Source: Clostridia bacterium (GTDB lineage Bacteria; Bacillota; Clostridia; UBA1381; UMGS1253). Taken from it: a DNA stretch of 64,000 nucleotides. This document shows positions 50,685 through 59,265 of this stretch, piece after piece. The first letter of the stretch is position 1, and the number at the start of each line of letters is the position of its first letter. The position numbers and the translations under genes are program-made. The stretch covers positions 59,479 through 123,478 of the forward strand of contig JAZTXH010000009.1 of NCBI GenBank assembly GCA_045636325.1, written 5' to 3'. The notes below the pieces were generated by a model. That model searched no databases, was not told the origin of the DNA, and was given only the letters and a program-made list of their open reading frames with translations.

Positions 50685-51226
50685 AGGCTAGCACCCTTTT
50701 CTTCTTTTGCATAGTTAATTAGCGAAACAATTGCATTTTTATCCGTAAAATCACCGTCAGCATCACAAAGGTCAATTAACATTTTTTCCATTTCGCTGGG
50801 ATTTTTTTTATTCCGCATTATCAGCTTTAATGCCTTTATTGCATTCCTGTGCGGTATGGAAAGTTCAGAAAGAATCATTTTTCCAAGAAAATTAAATGTT
50901 TTTATATTTTCAGGCAAGCCGTTTTTAAAGTTTTTTTGGATAACCATTTTATTATAATATTCACTGCACTCAACAGGCGTAAGCCCCGTTGTAAAAATAA
51001 TAATTTTTTTATTTTTTAAAAGCTCAATATTTTTTGTAATAAGACTTATTCCTGCAATAACCTCAGCATAAAGCCCTCCGCCGTAAATAATGGTGTCGTA
51101 TTCTTCAAGGTCGTTTATCTTTACATTTTTTGCATCCTTTGCTTCACACTCAAGAGCCCCCGCAATCCATTCTGCATAAGCTTTTGTTGAGCCGTATTTT
51201 GATTTATATACCACAATTGCATTCAT
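50681..51226 (-). CDS. flavodoxin-domain protein (HemG-like fold)
   Basis: 181 aa. N-terminal IVVYKSKYGSTK flavodoxin-like motif. 4-nt overlap with the CPBP gene. Confidence 0.6.
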   Translation of the reverse strand: MNAIVVYKSKYGSTKAYAEWIAGALECEAKDAKNVKINDLEEYDTIIYGGGLYAEVIAGISLITKNIELLKNKKIIIFTTGLTPVECSEYYNKMVIQKNFKNGLPENIKTFNFLGKMILSELSIPHRNAIKALKLIMRNKKNPSEMEKMLIDLCDADGDFTDKNAIVSLINYAKEEKGASL

Positions 51227-51297
51227 TTTTTTATTTTCTCCTTTTTGCTACAGTATACTATATGACAACTCTTTTTTCCTGTTTCTGTAAAAACTAT

Positions 51298-52686
51298 TTA
51301 TAAATTTTTGTTTCTATTTTCTTCTCGACATAGCAGTGCAACCGCCTCGACGTGTGTCGTATGTGGAAACATATCAACGGGCTGAACCTTTAAAAGTTTA
51401 TATCCGCCGTTTTCATAAAGATATTTTAAATCCCTTGCCAAAGTGGCAGGATTACACGAAACATAAACAATTTTTTCCGGTGCCATTTTTAAAATAGTGT
51501 TTAATGCAAGCTCGTCTGCACCCTTTCGTGGCGGGTCAAACACAACCACATCCGCCCTTTCCCCGTTTGAATATAAATAATCTGTGATTTTTCCTGCATC
51601 GCCTGCATAAAATGACAGATTTTCAAGACCGTTGTTTTTTGCATTCAGCTTTGCATTTTCTATAGCCTTTTCAACAATTTCAATTCCGATAACCCTTTTT
51701 GCCTGCTTTGCCATAAATATTGATATTGTGCCCGCTCCACAATAAAGGTCAAAAACTGTTTCATTTCCTTTAAGACCGGCAAAATCCACCGCTGTTTTAT
51801 ATAAAACTTCGGTCTGGTCATGATTTATCTGATAAAAGCTTTCAGCTGATATTTCAAACACATAATCTTCCAAAGTGTCTTTTATGGTTTTTGAACCGTA
51901 AAGGCTTATATATCTGTCACCTAAAATAAGATTTGTTTTTTTGTTGTTTATATTAACAAGAATTGATGTAACAGACGGTGCATTTTCCAAAATAAGCTTA
52001 ACAAGTAAATCGGAATCCTTAAGCTCTTTTGTTGCCACCACAACGACCATCAAATCATTTGATGTTTTTCTTACAAAAATATGCCTCACCTCACCGATGT
52101 GCATTTTTTCATCATAAGCACGGCTTTGGGTAAATCGCATATATTCTTTAACTGCAAAAATAATATTTTTGCATTCTAAAGGACCCGTGATACAGTCATC
52201 AATTGCAACAACATCGTGGCTTCTTTGTTTAAAAAATCCGCACACAACCGCACCGTTTTCACCTGTCGACACCGGAAACTGCATCTTGTTTCTGTAATTA
52301 TAAGGATTTTTCATTCCTGCTACATTGTAAACTTCGACATCTGAAAAGCCGCCTATTCTTTCAAGTGCATCAACTACAACCCTTTTTTTCATCTCAAGCT
52401 GATATGAATAATCAATGTGCATCAGCTGGCAACCACCGCATTTTTTAAATGCATCGCAAGCAGGCCTGGCTCTGTAGGGTGACTTTGTTTTAAAACTTAA
52501 GATTTTTCCGTATGCAAAACTTTTATTTACCTTAACAATTTTTATTTCGCACACATCACCAACTACGCCGCCATGCACAAACACAGTAAATCCGTCTATT
52601 TTACATATGCCTTCGCCACTGCTTCCAAATGCAGTAATTTCGGCTGTGTATATCAGATTTTTCTTTACAGAAAGTATCTGTGTCAC
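51298..52686 (-). CDS. rlmD: 23S rRNA (uracil-5)-methyltransferase RlmD/RumA family
   Basis: N-terminal TRAM, cysteine cluster C..C..GGC, SAM motif DLYCGAGT and the nucleophile block YVSCNP. GTG start with a GGAGGAA SD. Confidence 0.85.
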   Translation of the reverse strand: MTQILSVKKNLIYTAEITAFGSSGEGICKIDGFTVFVHGGVVGDVCEIKIVKVNKSFAYGKILSFKTKSPYRARPACDAFKKCGGCQLMHIDYSYQLEMKKRVVVDALERIGGFSDVEVYNVAGMKNPYNYRNKMQFPVSTGENGAVVCGFFKQRSHDVVAIDDCITGPLECKNIIFAVKEYMRFTQSRAYDEKMHIGEVRHIFVRKTSNDLMVVVVATKELKDSDLLVKLILENAPSVTSILVNINNKKTNLILGDRYISLYGSKTIKDTLEDYVFEISAESFYQINHDQTEVLYKTAVDFAGLKGNETVFDLYCGAGTISIFMAKQAKRVIGIEIVEKAIENAKLNAKNNGLENLSFYAGDAGKITDYLYSNGERADVVVFDPPRKGADELALNTILKMAPEKIVYVSCNPATLARDLKYLYENGGYKLLKVQPVDMFPHTTHVEAVALLCREENRNKNL

Positions 52687-52722
52687 CGTTTATTCCTCCA
52701 ATCTACATAACAATTCATTTTA

Positions 52723-52751
52723 AGTATATCACAAACACCTTAAATAGTCAA
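52723..52751 (-). promoter_or_regulatory. sigma-A promoter of rlmD
   Basis: Minus strand reads TTGACT (52746-52751), a 17-nt spacer, then TGaTATACT (-10 at 52723-52728). Confidence 0.6.
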
Positions 52752-52850
52752 TTTGTATTAAATGTCTTTCAAATTATACATCTATTTTTTTCTTGTATTT
52801 TGTCAAATTATATGATAAAATTAAGTATATAACAAAAAGGGGGTGTGTTT

Positions 52851-53705
52851 ATGGGTTTTAAGGAGGGGAGACGCATAAAAAGCGGTGCACCAATGGATTC
52901 TGTAGCACCGTTTATTATGCCTACAAGAGGAGGTGCCTCCAATTATTTTTCCGCTTCTGTTGATATTGAAAGATGCGAACAACTTATTCGTGAAAAGCGC
53001 AAAGAAGGCTTAAAAGGTCTTGGTATGATTCATATATTTATGGCAGCTTATGTAAGACTCATTTCTCAGGTTCCGGGTGTAAACCGCTTTCTTCGCGGTC
53101 AACGGGTTTATGCAAGAAATAATATTGAAATATGCATGGCAATTAAAAAGGAAATGAAACTTAATGCGCCGGAAACAGTTATAAAGCTGCTGCCAAAACA
53201 CGATGATACTTTAATAGATATTTATAATCAGTTAAGCAAAGAATTAATCGAAAACAAGCAGATGGGTGACCATAATAATATGGATGGAGTTGCAAGGCTT
53301 TTAACAAAAATTCCAGGTGTATTTTTAAAATTTACCGTATGGTTTTTAAAGCTTTTGGATTATTTCGGGCTACTTCCCCGTTTTCTTACGAAGCTTAGCC
53401 CATTCCATGGTTCAATGTTTATAACTGATATGGGCTCGTTAGGTCTGCCGCCGATTTACCACCATTTATATGAATTTGGCAATCTTCCGGTATTTATTGC
53501 AATGGGCTCAAAAAGAACAGAATATGTAACAACTGCCGAAGGCGAGGTTAAAAAGCGTCGTTTAATTGACTTTACAATAGTTTGCGATGAAAGAATATGT
53601 GACGGACATTATTATGCAACTGCATTTAAAACACTTAAACGTCTTTTGGAAAAACCAGAGCAGCTTTTATCACCACCTGAAAAAGTAGTTGAAGATATAA
53701 AATAA
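52851..53705 (+). CDS. stand-alone 2-oxoacid dehydrogenase E2-type acyltransferase catalytic-domain protein (atypical active site)
   Basis: ~284 aa with no lipoyl or PSBD domains. The C-terminal block reads CDERICDGHYYA where E2/CAT enzymes have DHRxxDG. ATG with an AAGGGGGTG SD. Confidence 0.6.
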   Translation: MGFKEGRRIKSGAPMDSVAPFIMPTRGGASNYFSASVDIERCEQLIREKRKEGLKGLGMIHIFMAAYVRLISQVPGVNRFLRGQRVYARNNIEICMAIKKEMKLNAPETVIKLLPKHDDTLIDIYNQLSKELIENKQMGDHNNMDGVARLLTKIPGVFLKFTVWFLKLLDYFGLLPRFLTKLSPFHGSMFITDMGSLGLPPIYHHLYEFGNLPVFIAMGSKRTEYVTTAEGEVKKRRLIDFTIVCDERICDGHYYATAFKTLKRLLEKPEQLLSPPEKVVEDIK

Positions 53706-53714
53706 ATTGCATAT

Positions 53715-53760
53715 TAAAAAACGAAGAAATCATAATAAAAAATGATTCCTTCGTTTTTTG
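53715..53760. terminator. bidirectional terminator between the convergent E2-like and nagB genes
   Basis: AAAAAACGAAGAAATCAT-8 nt-ATGATTCCTTCGTTTTTT. Confidence 0.85.
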
Positions 53761-53766
53761 TTTATA

Positions 53767-54477
53767 TTAATTTTCAGAATATATAACTATAAGATCCGGA
53801 TGAAGCTGAAGAATTGAAGCCGGCACTTCGGGAGTTATAGGACCGAAAAATGCCTTGTTTACGATTTCTTCTTTACTTTTGCCGTTTGCAATCAATAACA
53901 CTTTTTTAGCCTGCATTATAGCACCCATACCCATTGTTATTGCTTCCTTTGGCACATCATCTATCGAATCAAAGAAGCGTGCATTTGCCTCAATTGTTGA
54001 CGGATCAAGCTTTACAACGTGAGTTTCCTTTGTAAAAAATTCCTCTGGCTCATTAAAACCTATATGACCATCAAAACCGATGCCCAAAAGCTGAAGGTCT
54101 ATTCCGCCAAGCGCCTTAATACGCTCATCATATTTTTCGCCTTCTTTTTTCAAATCTTCTGCACAACCATCAGGTACAAATGTAAAATCGCGGCGAATAT
54201 TAATTTTCGAAAACAGATTTGTATCCATAAAATAACGATAGCTCTGGTCATTATCGCCTGTAAGACCAACATACTCATCCAAATTTACGGAAGTAACCTC
54301 TGAAAAGTCAACATCACCAGCCTCATATTTTTCAATAAGCTTTTCGTATGTTCCAAGAGGACTTGAGCCTGTTGCAAGACCGAGCACACTCTCAGGCTTT
54401 GAAATAACCTGTGCTGCTATAATTTCAGCTGCCTTACGGCTTAACTTTTCATAACTGTCTACTTTAATAAATCTCAC
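53767..54477 (-). CDS. nagB: glucosamine-6-phosphate deaminase
   Basis: 236 aa. NagB blocks LGLATGSSP and GIGFDGHIGFNEP. Confidence 0.85.
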   Translation of the reverse strand: MRFIKVDSYEKLSRKAAEIIAAQVISKPESVLGLATGSSPLGTYEKLIEKYEAGDVDFSEVTSVNLDEYVGLTGDNDQSYRYFMDTNLFSKINIRRDFTFVPDGCAEDLKKEGEKYDERIKALGGIDLQLLGIGFDGHIGFNEPEEFFTKETHVVKLDPSTIEANARFFDSIDDVPKEAITMGMGAIMQAKKVLLIANGKSKEEIVNKAFFGPITPEVPASILQLHPDLIVIYSEN

Positions 54478-54504
54478 TTAAATCGACACTCCTTGTATAT
54501 ATTT

Positions 54505-55173
54505 TTATTTTCTTTTTACTATATTGTCCATACTTTTAACAATACAGCCTGCTGCAAAAACGCCCCTGAGTGAATTAAGAGGGTAAACAGTTGTGTTCTT
54601 TCCTATCACTGTTCCGGGATTAAGCACACATGAGCATCCAACATCTGCCCCGTCTGCCAATACACCGCCAATTTTTCTTATTCCGGTTTTATAATCAATA
54701 TCCCCATGAATAACAACCGGCTTGCCGTCAGCCTTAAGATTAGAACAAATAGACCCTGCACCCATATGAGCGTGATTGCCCAATATAGAATCTCCTATAT
54801 AATTATAATGCGGAACTTGCACTTTGTCAAGTAAAATACAATTTTTTAACTCCGATGAATTTCCGATAACACAATTTTCACCGGTTATGACACTGCCTCT
54901 TATGAATGCGCCCGGCCTCACTTCACAGTAATGACCTATAATCGTGGGTCCTTCAATTACTGCATTTGGATATATTTTTACATTTTTTCCGACCCATACG
55001 CCTTTTTCTATTTCGAAAAAACCGTCCAAACCATTTTCAATAAGATTTTCAATATACCCTTTTATCTTTTCTAACATCTGCCAGGGATATTCGCTTTTTT
55101 CAAAAAGCTCTTTTAAATAGGGTGTTCTACATTCAAAAAGCTCGTTTGTTTTAACCTGCTTATTCAACACCAT
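54505..55173 (-). CDS. left-handed beta-helix (hexapeptide) acyltransferase resembling the GlmU C-terminal domain
   Basis: ~222 aa. Hexapeptide repeats with HYNYIGDSILGNHAHMGAGSICSN, similar to GlmU LbH. No nucleotidyltransferase domain. Confidence 0.6.
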   Translation of the reverse strand: MVLNKQVKTNELFECRTPYLKELFEKSEYPWQMLEKIKGYIENLIENGLDGFFEIEKGVWVGKNVKIYPNAVIEGPTIIGHYCEVRPGAFIRGSVITGENCVIGNSSELKNCILLDKVQVPHYNYIGDSILGNHAHMGAGSICSNLKADGKPVVIHGDIDYKTGIRKIGGVLADGADVGCSCVLNPGTVIGKNTTVYPLNSLRGVFAAGCIVKSMDNIVKRK

Positions 55174-56782
55174 GTCCCCTTTCAATAATTTTGTCTGAAA
55201 CAATCTGTGCATATTCTATGCATTTATCTTTACTTTCACACTCAATCATAACTCTTATAACTGGCTCTGTTCCGCTTTGACGCAAAAGCACTCTTCCCTT
55301 TCCTCCAATAAGTTTTTCCACATAAGAAAGCTCTTCAATCACTGCATCATCCGTCATAACTGATTTCTTATCCTTAACGCGAATATTTTTCATATACTGC
55401 GGATACAATTTAACTGGCTCAGCAAGCTCTGACAAAGAACGTTTTCTATCACAAACTTCTTCAGTAAGCATTATAGCTGTAAGTATACCATCACCGGTGG
55501 TCGCATATTTTTTCAAAATTATATGCCCCGATTGTTCACCGCCAAGACAATAATCATTTTGTTGCATGCTCTCATACACAAATCTATCGCCAACATTTGT
55601 TTGTACACATTTTATGCCCTCTTCTTCAAGGCTGGAAAGCAGTCCGCTGTTTGTCATAACTGTTGCAACTATAGTATTGTGGTTAAGCACACCTCTGTTT
55701 TTTAAACGCTTACCTAAAATATAGAGCATTAAATCACCATCTACTACATTTCCGTTTTCATCAACTGCTATACATCTGTCAGCATCTCCATCGAAGGCAA
55801 AACCCATATCAAGGTGCTGTTCACGAACAAGCTTACAAAGATTTTCAATATGAGTTGAGCCACACCCTTCATTTACATTAAGTCCGTTAGGTTCGGCTCC
55901 AATTACAACAGTTTGTGCACCAAGCGCTCCAAATACCGCTTTTGCAATCATCCACGAAGCGCCGTTAGCACAGTCCAATCCAATTTTAAGCGATTTATAT
56001 GAATGTGACGCAATAGAAATCAAATAACCAAGATATCGGTTTCTGCCTGATGCATAGTCTACAATGCAACCAATTTTCTCTCTGCCTGCCAAAGGTAGGT
56101 CATCAGATACAACACCAAATGCCTTTAAATCACCATCAATATAGCTTTCTATAAGTGAAGTTGTAGAATCTTCAAGTTTTTCACCATAGCGGTTTATAAC
56201 CTTTATACCATTATCATAATATGGATTATGAGATGCAGTAATCATTATACCGCAATCAAACTCATCCTGACGGGTAACATAAGAAACACTTGGTGTTGTG
56301 GTAACATGCAGCATATATGCATCCGCACCTGATGCTGTAATTCCTGCAACAATGGAATATTCAAGCATATAACTTGACCTTCTTGTGTCTTTTCCTATAA
56401 CAATTCTTGGTCTGTATCCAGCCTTTGTGTTACCTGAAAGCGCAGAAGAATAATACCACCCCAGAAAACGACCAACCTTATATGCCTGCATAGATGTAAG
56501 CGTAAGGTTTGCCTCACCGCGAAAACCGTCAGTTCCAAAATACTTATTTGAGCCTAATTTCTTCTCAATCTTATGATTTATAGTAATTTTATCCTGTAAT
56601 AATTCGTCTGTTGAAATATCAAACAACTCACAAAGCTGTAAAACCTTATCAATCTGCGGAATTGCCTGATCCATTTCCCATTTTGAAACAGACTGTCTGG
56701 AAACTGAAATCCTTTCTGCCAATTGCTCCTGAGAAATATTAGCGGCGGTTCTAAGTTTTAAAATTTTTTCACCTATAGTCAT
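55160..56782 (-). CDS. glmM: XRE-type HTH domain fused to phosphoglucosamine mutase
   Basis: 540 aa. Residues 1 to ~65 are HTH_3 (LRTAANISQEQLAERISVSRQSVSKWE). The remainder is intact GlmM (TASHNP, FDGDADR, GGEQSGH, RQSGTEP). Confidence 0.85.
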   Translation of the reverse strand: MTIGEKILKLRTAANISQEQLAERISVSRQSVSKWEMDQAIPQIDKVLQLCELFDISTDELLQDKITINHKIEKKLGSNKYFGTDGFRGEANLTLTSMQAYKVGRFLGWYYSSALSGNTKAGYRPRIVIGKDTRRSSYMLEYSIVAGITASGADAYMLHVTTTPSVSYVTRQDEFDCGIMITASHNPYYDNGIKVINRYGEKLEDSTTSLIESYIDGDLKAFGVVSDDLPLAGREKIGCIVDYASGRNRYLGYLISIASHSYKSLKIGLDCANGASWMIAKAVFGALGAQTVVIGAEPNGLNVNEGCGSTHIENLCKLVREQHLDMGFAFDGDADRCIAVDENGNVVDGDLMLYILGKRLKNRGVLNHNTIVATVMTNSGLLSSLEEEGIKCVQTNVGDRFVYESMQQNDYCLGGEQSGHIILKKYATTGDGILTAIMLTEEVCDRKRSLSELAEPVKLYPQYMKNIRVKDKKSVMTDDAVIEELSYVEKLIGGKGRVLLRQSGTEPVIRVMIECESKDKCIEYAQIVSDKIIERGHGVE

Positions 56783-56931
56783 AATAAGTTCACTCCTTAT
56801 TGATTTGCGTGTACAATACCACTATATTCAATAATACCAAAACAAATACTACCATTCAAGCAACTTTACCTTAAATTTCCTGCAACCTTAAGTTGCTAAA
56901 AACTTTTATTTTTCATTTCTTTTTCTTGTTT

Positions 56932-56960
56932 ATTATATAACAATTGGTCATTTCTGTAAA
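56932..56960 (-). promoter_or_regulatory. sigma-A promoter of the HTH-glmM operon
   Basis: Minus strand reads TTTACA (56955-56960), a 17-nt spacer, then TATAAT (56932-56937). Confidence 0.55.
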
Positions 56961-56977
56961 TATTTATTTACAGAAAT
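56950..56977. promoter_or_regulatory. 28-bp perfect palindrome overlapping the -35 (operator candidate)
   Basis: ATTTCTGTAAAT-attt-ATTTACAGAAAT. The core TGTAA-N8-TTACA resembles a TnrA/GlnR box but with one extra spacer base. Confidence 0.5.
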
Positions 56978-57095
56978 TATTAAAATTGCATTATGCAAAT
57001 CATTTAATTTTGTTTCCATATTTTATGTTCCCGCACACTTTTGTTAAATATGCATAATTTCAATAATTATTATAATTTGACCTGTATCCGCTCTC

Positions 57096-57131
57096 AAAAA
57101 CAAATAAAAAGCCCGCCTTATAGCGAGCTTT
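57096..57131 (-). terminator. terminator ending the BMC operon after the DeoR gene
   Basis: Minus RNA reads AAAGCUCGC-uauaa-GGCGGGCUUU followed by UUAUUUGUUUUU. Confidence 0.75.
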
Positions 57132-57135
57132 AATA

Positions 57136-57897
57136 TCATACTTTTACAAGTTCTACCTTGCTTTCTTTTAAAACATTTTCCCAACTTTCGGAAATCGTCG
57201 CATCAGTTATAAGACATTCTATATCTTCAAACCTTGCAAGTTTAGCAAATCCAACTCTGCCAATCTTACTTTTGTCACATAAATAATACGCACTTTTGGA
57301 ATTTTTAAGCATACATTTTTTTATGCCGCACTCCTGCTCATTACTTTCAAGGATTCCCGTTTCTTCCATAATGCCTTTACTGGAAAAAAACATTTTATCA
57401 GCAAAATAATTTTTAGAAATATTATCTTCAGCCAATGTTCCTACAAGGCTCATATTGTGACTAGCAATTCCGCCAACAGCAATAAGCTTAATGTTTTCAC
57501 TACCGGCAAGCTCATTCACAACACGAATGGAATTTGTAATGACAGTAATATTTTTTATATTATTTATTTCCTTTGCCATATAAAAAGTAGTAGTAGACGC
57601 ATCAAGAAAAACTGTGTCACCAGGCAGTATGTATCCTGCTGCCACTGCAGCAAGCTTTTCCTTTGCATCAACATTCGTACGCTTTCTTTTTTCAAGCGAA
57701 AGCTCATATGCAGTTGCATCAATTGGAACAGCTCCGCCATGTGTTCGCATTAAACACTCTTGTTTTTCAAGTTTTTCAAGATCACGTCTTATTGTCTCTT
57801 CTGTAACTCCAAGCTCACTGCTTAATCGGCTTACCCATACTGCACCGTTATCAGCAAGCTTTTGAAGTATAATCTTCTGACGTTCAAGTGCAAACAT
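57136..57897 (-). CDS. DeoR/GlpR family transcriptional regulator
   Basis: N-terminal HTH_DeoR (ERQKIILQKL…VTEETIRRDLEKLE) plus a DeoR C-terminal sensor domain. Starts 11 nt after the pduL stop. Confidence 0.85.
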   Translation of the reverse strand: MFALERQKIILQKLADNGAVWVSRLSSELGVTEETIRRDLEKLEKQECLMRTHGGAVPIDATAYELSLEKRKRTNVDAKEKLAAVAAGYILPGDTVFLDASTTTFYMAKEINNIKNITVITNSIRVVNELAGSENIKLIAVGGIASHNMSLVGTLAEDNISKNYFADKMFFSSKGIMEETGILESNEQECGIKKCMLKNSKSAYYLCDKSKIGRVGFAKLARFEDIECLITDATISESWENVLKESKVELVKV

Positions 57898-57908
57898 ATA
57901 TCTGTCTC

Positions 57909-58583
57909 CTACTTCTGAATTATTCTTACCTTGTTTCCATTCTTGAGGCCGGCTGAGTTTGCATCATCAGTATCAATATGCATCTCAACATTAAAATCAT
58001 CACGAACTCGAACCTGAACACCATAAAATTTTGTAGTTTTTAAGTTTTCGCCTTCTATCATAACGTCAACATAATCATTATCCTTAATGGCGTGCTTTTC
58101 GGCATATTCAGGAGTTAAGTGTATATGGCGGTTGGCAATGATAACGCCTTCCTTTAAATATACGCTACCCTTAGGTCCTACAATAACCAGTTTTTCCGAA
58201 CCCTTAATTTCACCTGAAGGTCTCACCGGAGGGCTAACCTTTAAAACAAACGTATCTGTTCTTGAAATTTCTACTTGAGTATTTTTTCTTACCGGACCCA
58301 AAACCCTTACCTTTTCTATACTTTTCAGTGATGGACCAACCAAAGTAACAAACTCATTTGAAGCATACTCTCTGCCCATAAGAGTTTTAAACTTTGTAAG
58401 CTCATATCCTTTACCGAAAAGAGTGTCTAAATCTTCACGGCTAAGGTGAATGTGTCTTTGTGACACACCTACCTTAATCTCTCCATCATCAGATTCCTTA
58501 TCACTTGCCTGCGGTGCACCGCTTTTATTTATATCAGCAATAACTTCTGCTACTATCTTTTCAATCTGTGCTGCATCGTACAT
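57909..58583 (-). CDS. pduL: phosphate propanoyltransferase (PduL-type phosphotransacylase) with an N-terminal encapsulation peptide
   Basis: Duplicated PduL motifs (GVSQRHIHLS, IIANRHIHLT). An amphipathic N-terminal helix AAQIEKIVAEVIADI. Confidence 0.85.
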   Translation of the reverse strand: MYDAAQIEKIVAEVIADINKSGAPQASDKESDDGEIKVGVSQRHIHLSREDLDTLFGKGYELTKFKTLMGREYASNEFVTLVGPSLKSIEKVRVLGPVRKNTQVEISRTDTFVLKVSPPVRPSGEIKGSEKLVIVGPKGSVYLKEGVIIANRHIHLTPEYAEKHAIKDNDYVDVMIEGENLKTTKFYGVQVRVRDDFNVEMHIDTDDANSAGLKNGNKVRIIQK

Positions 58584-58600
58584 TTATTTCACCTCACAAA

Positions 58601-59248
58601 TTACTCATTCATATCAAAAAACTTAACAATTTCGCCTGATACATTTGCAATAACTTCACAACCGTATACCTTACCAAGCCTTGATGCCGCATTACTGCCG
58701 TTTTCCAAAGCTGATTTAACATCAGAAACTCTGCCCGCAATGATAAATGTACAAAGTCTGCCTCCAAGGCGCTTTTCTGTATGCACAAGGCGTATGTTTG
58801 CCGCCTTAAGCATATTGTCAAGACCTTCTATAGATGCAACAAGCCCCTGAACCTCCAAAAGACCAATGGCACCTGTATAGCTCGGCACAAATTCCCCTTT
58901 TCTTGATTTTTCAAGGTTTTCTTTAAAATGCTTGTTGTATTTATCTTTATTTATATCTGCAAGATACGCCATCTTGTCCACAGTATCCTCAGGTCTTGGA
59001 ATAACATGAGAAACAATAAACTTTCCGCAATCCTTTGCATAAGCGCTTCCTGCTTCAACAGCCGCGTTAACTGCATCGACATTGCCCTCTATCTTTACCA
59101 CCATAACAAGCGGTGCAGGCACATCTGTTCTTATTGGTCTGTTTCTGTCAAAAGCGACAATCTGAACGTCAGCCGCTTTTGCTGCTGTGTCTGCCACACA
59201 AACCGCAGTTGTAAAGCTGTAAACCTCAATCAAACCTAATGCTTTCAT
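58601..59248 (-). CDS. tandem-BMC-domain shell protein (BMC-T)
   Basis: 215 aa. Two non-permuted BMC domains (ALGLIEVYS… and AIGLLEVQG…). Confidence 0.75.
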   Translation of the reverse strand: MKALGLIEVYSFTTAVCVADTAAKAADVQIVAFDRNRPIRTDVPAPLVMVVKIEGNVDAVNAAVEAGSAYAKDCGKFIVSHVIPRPEDTVDKMAYLADINKDKYNKHFKENLEKSRKGEFVPSYTGAIGLLEVQGLVASIEGLDNMLKAANIRLVHTEKRLGGRLCTFIIAGRVSDVKSALENGSNAASRLGKVYGCEVIANVSGEIVKFFDMNE

Positions 59249-59265
59249 TTATAACACTCTCCGTA

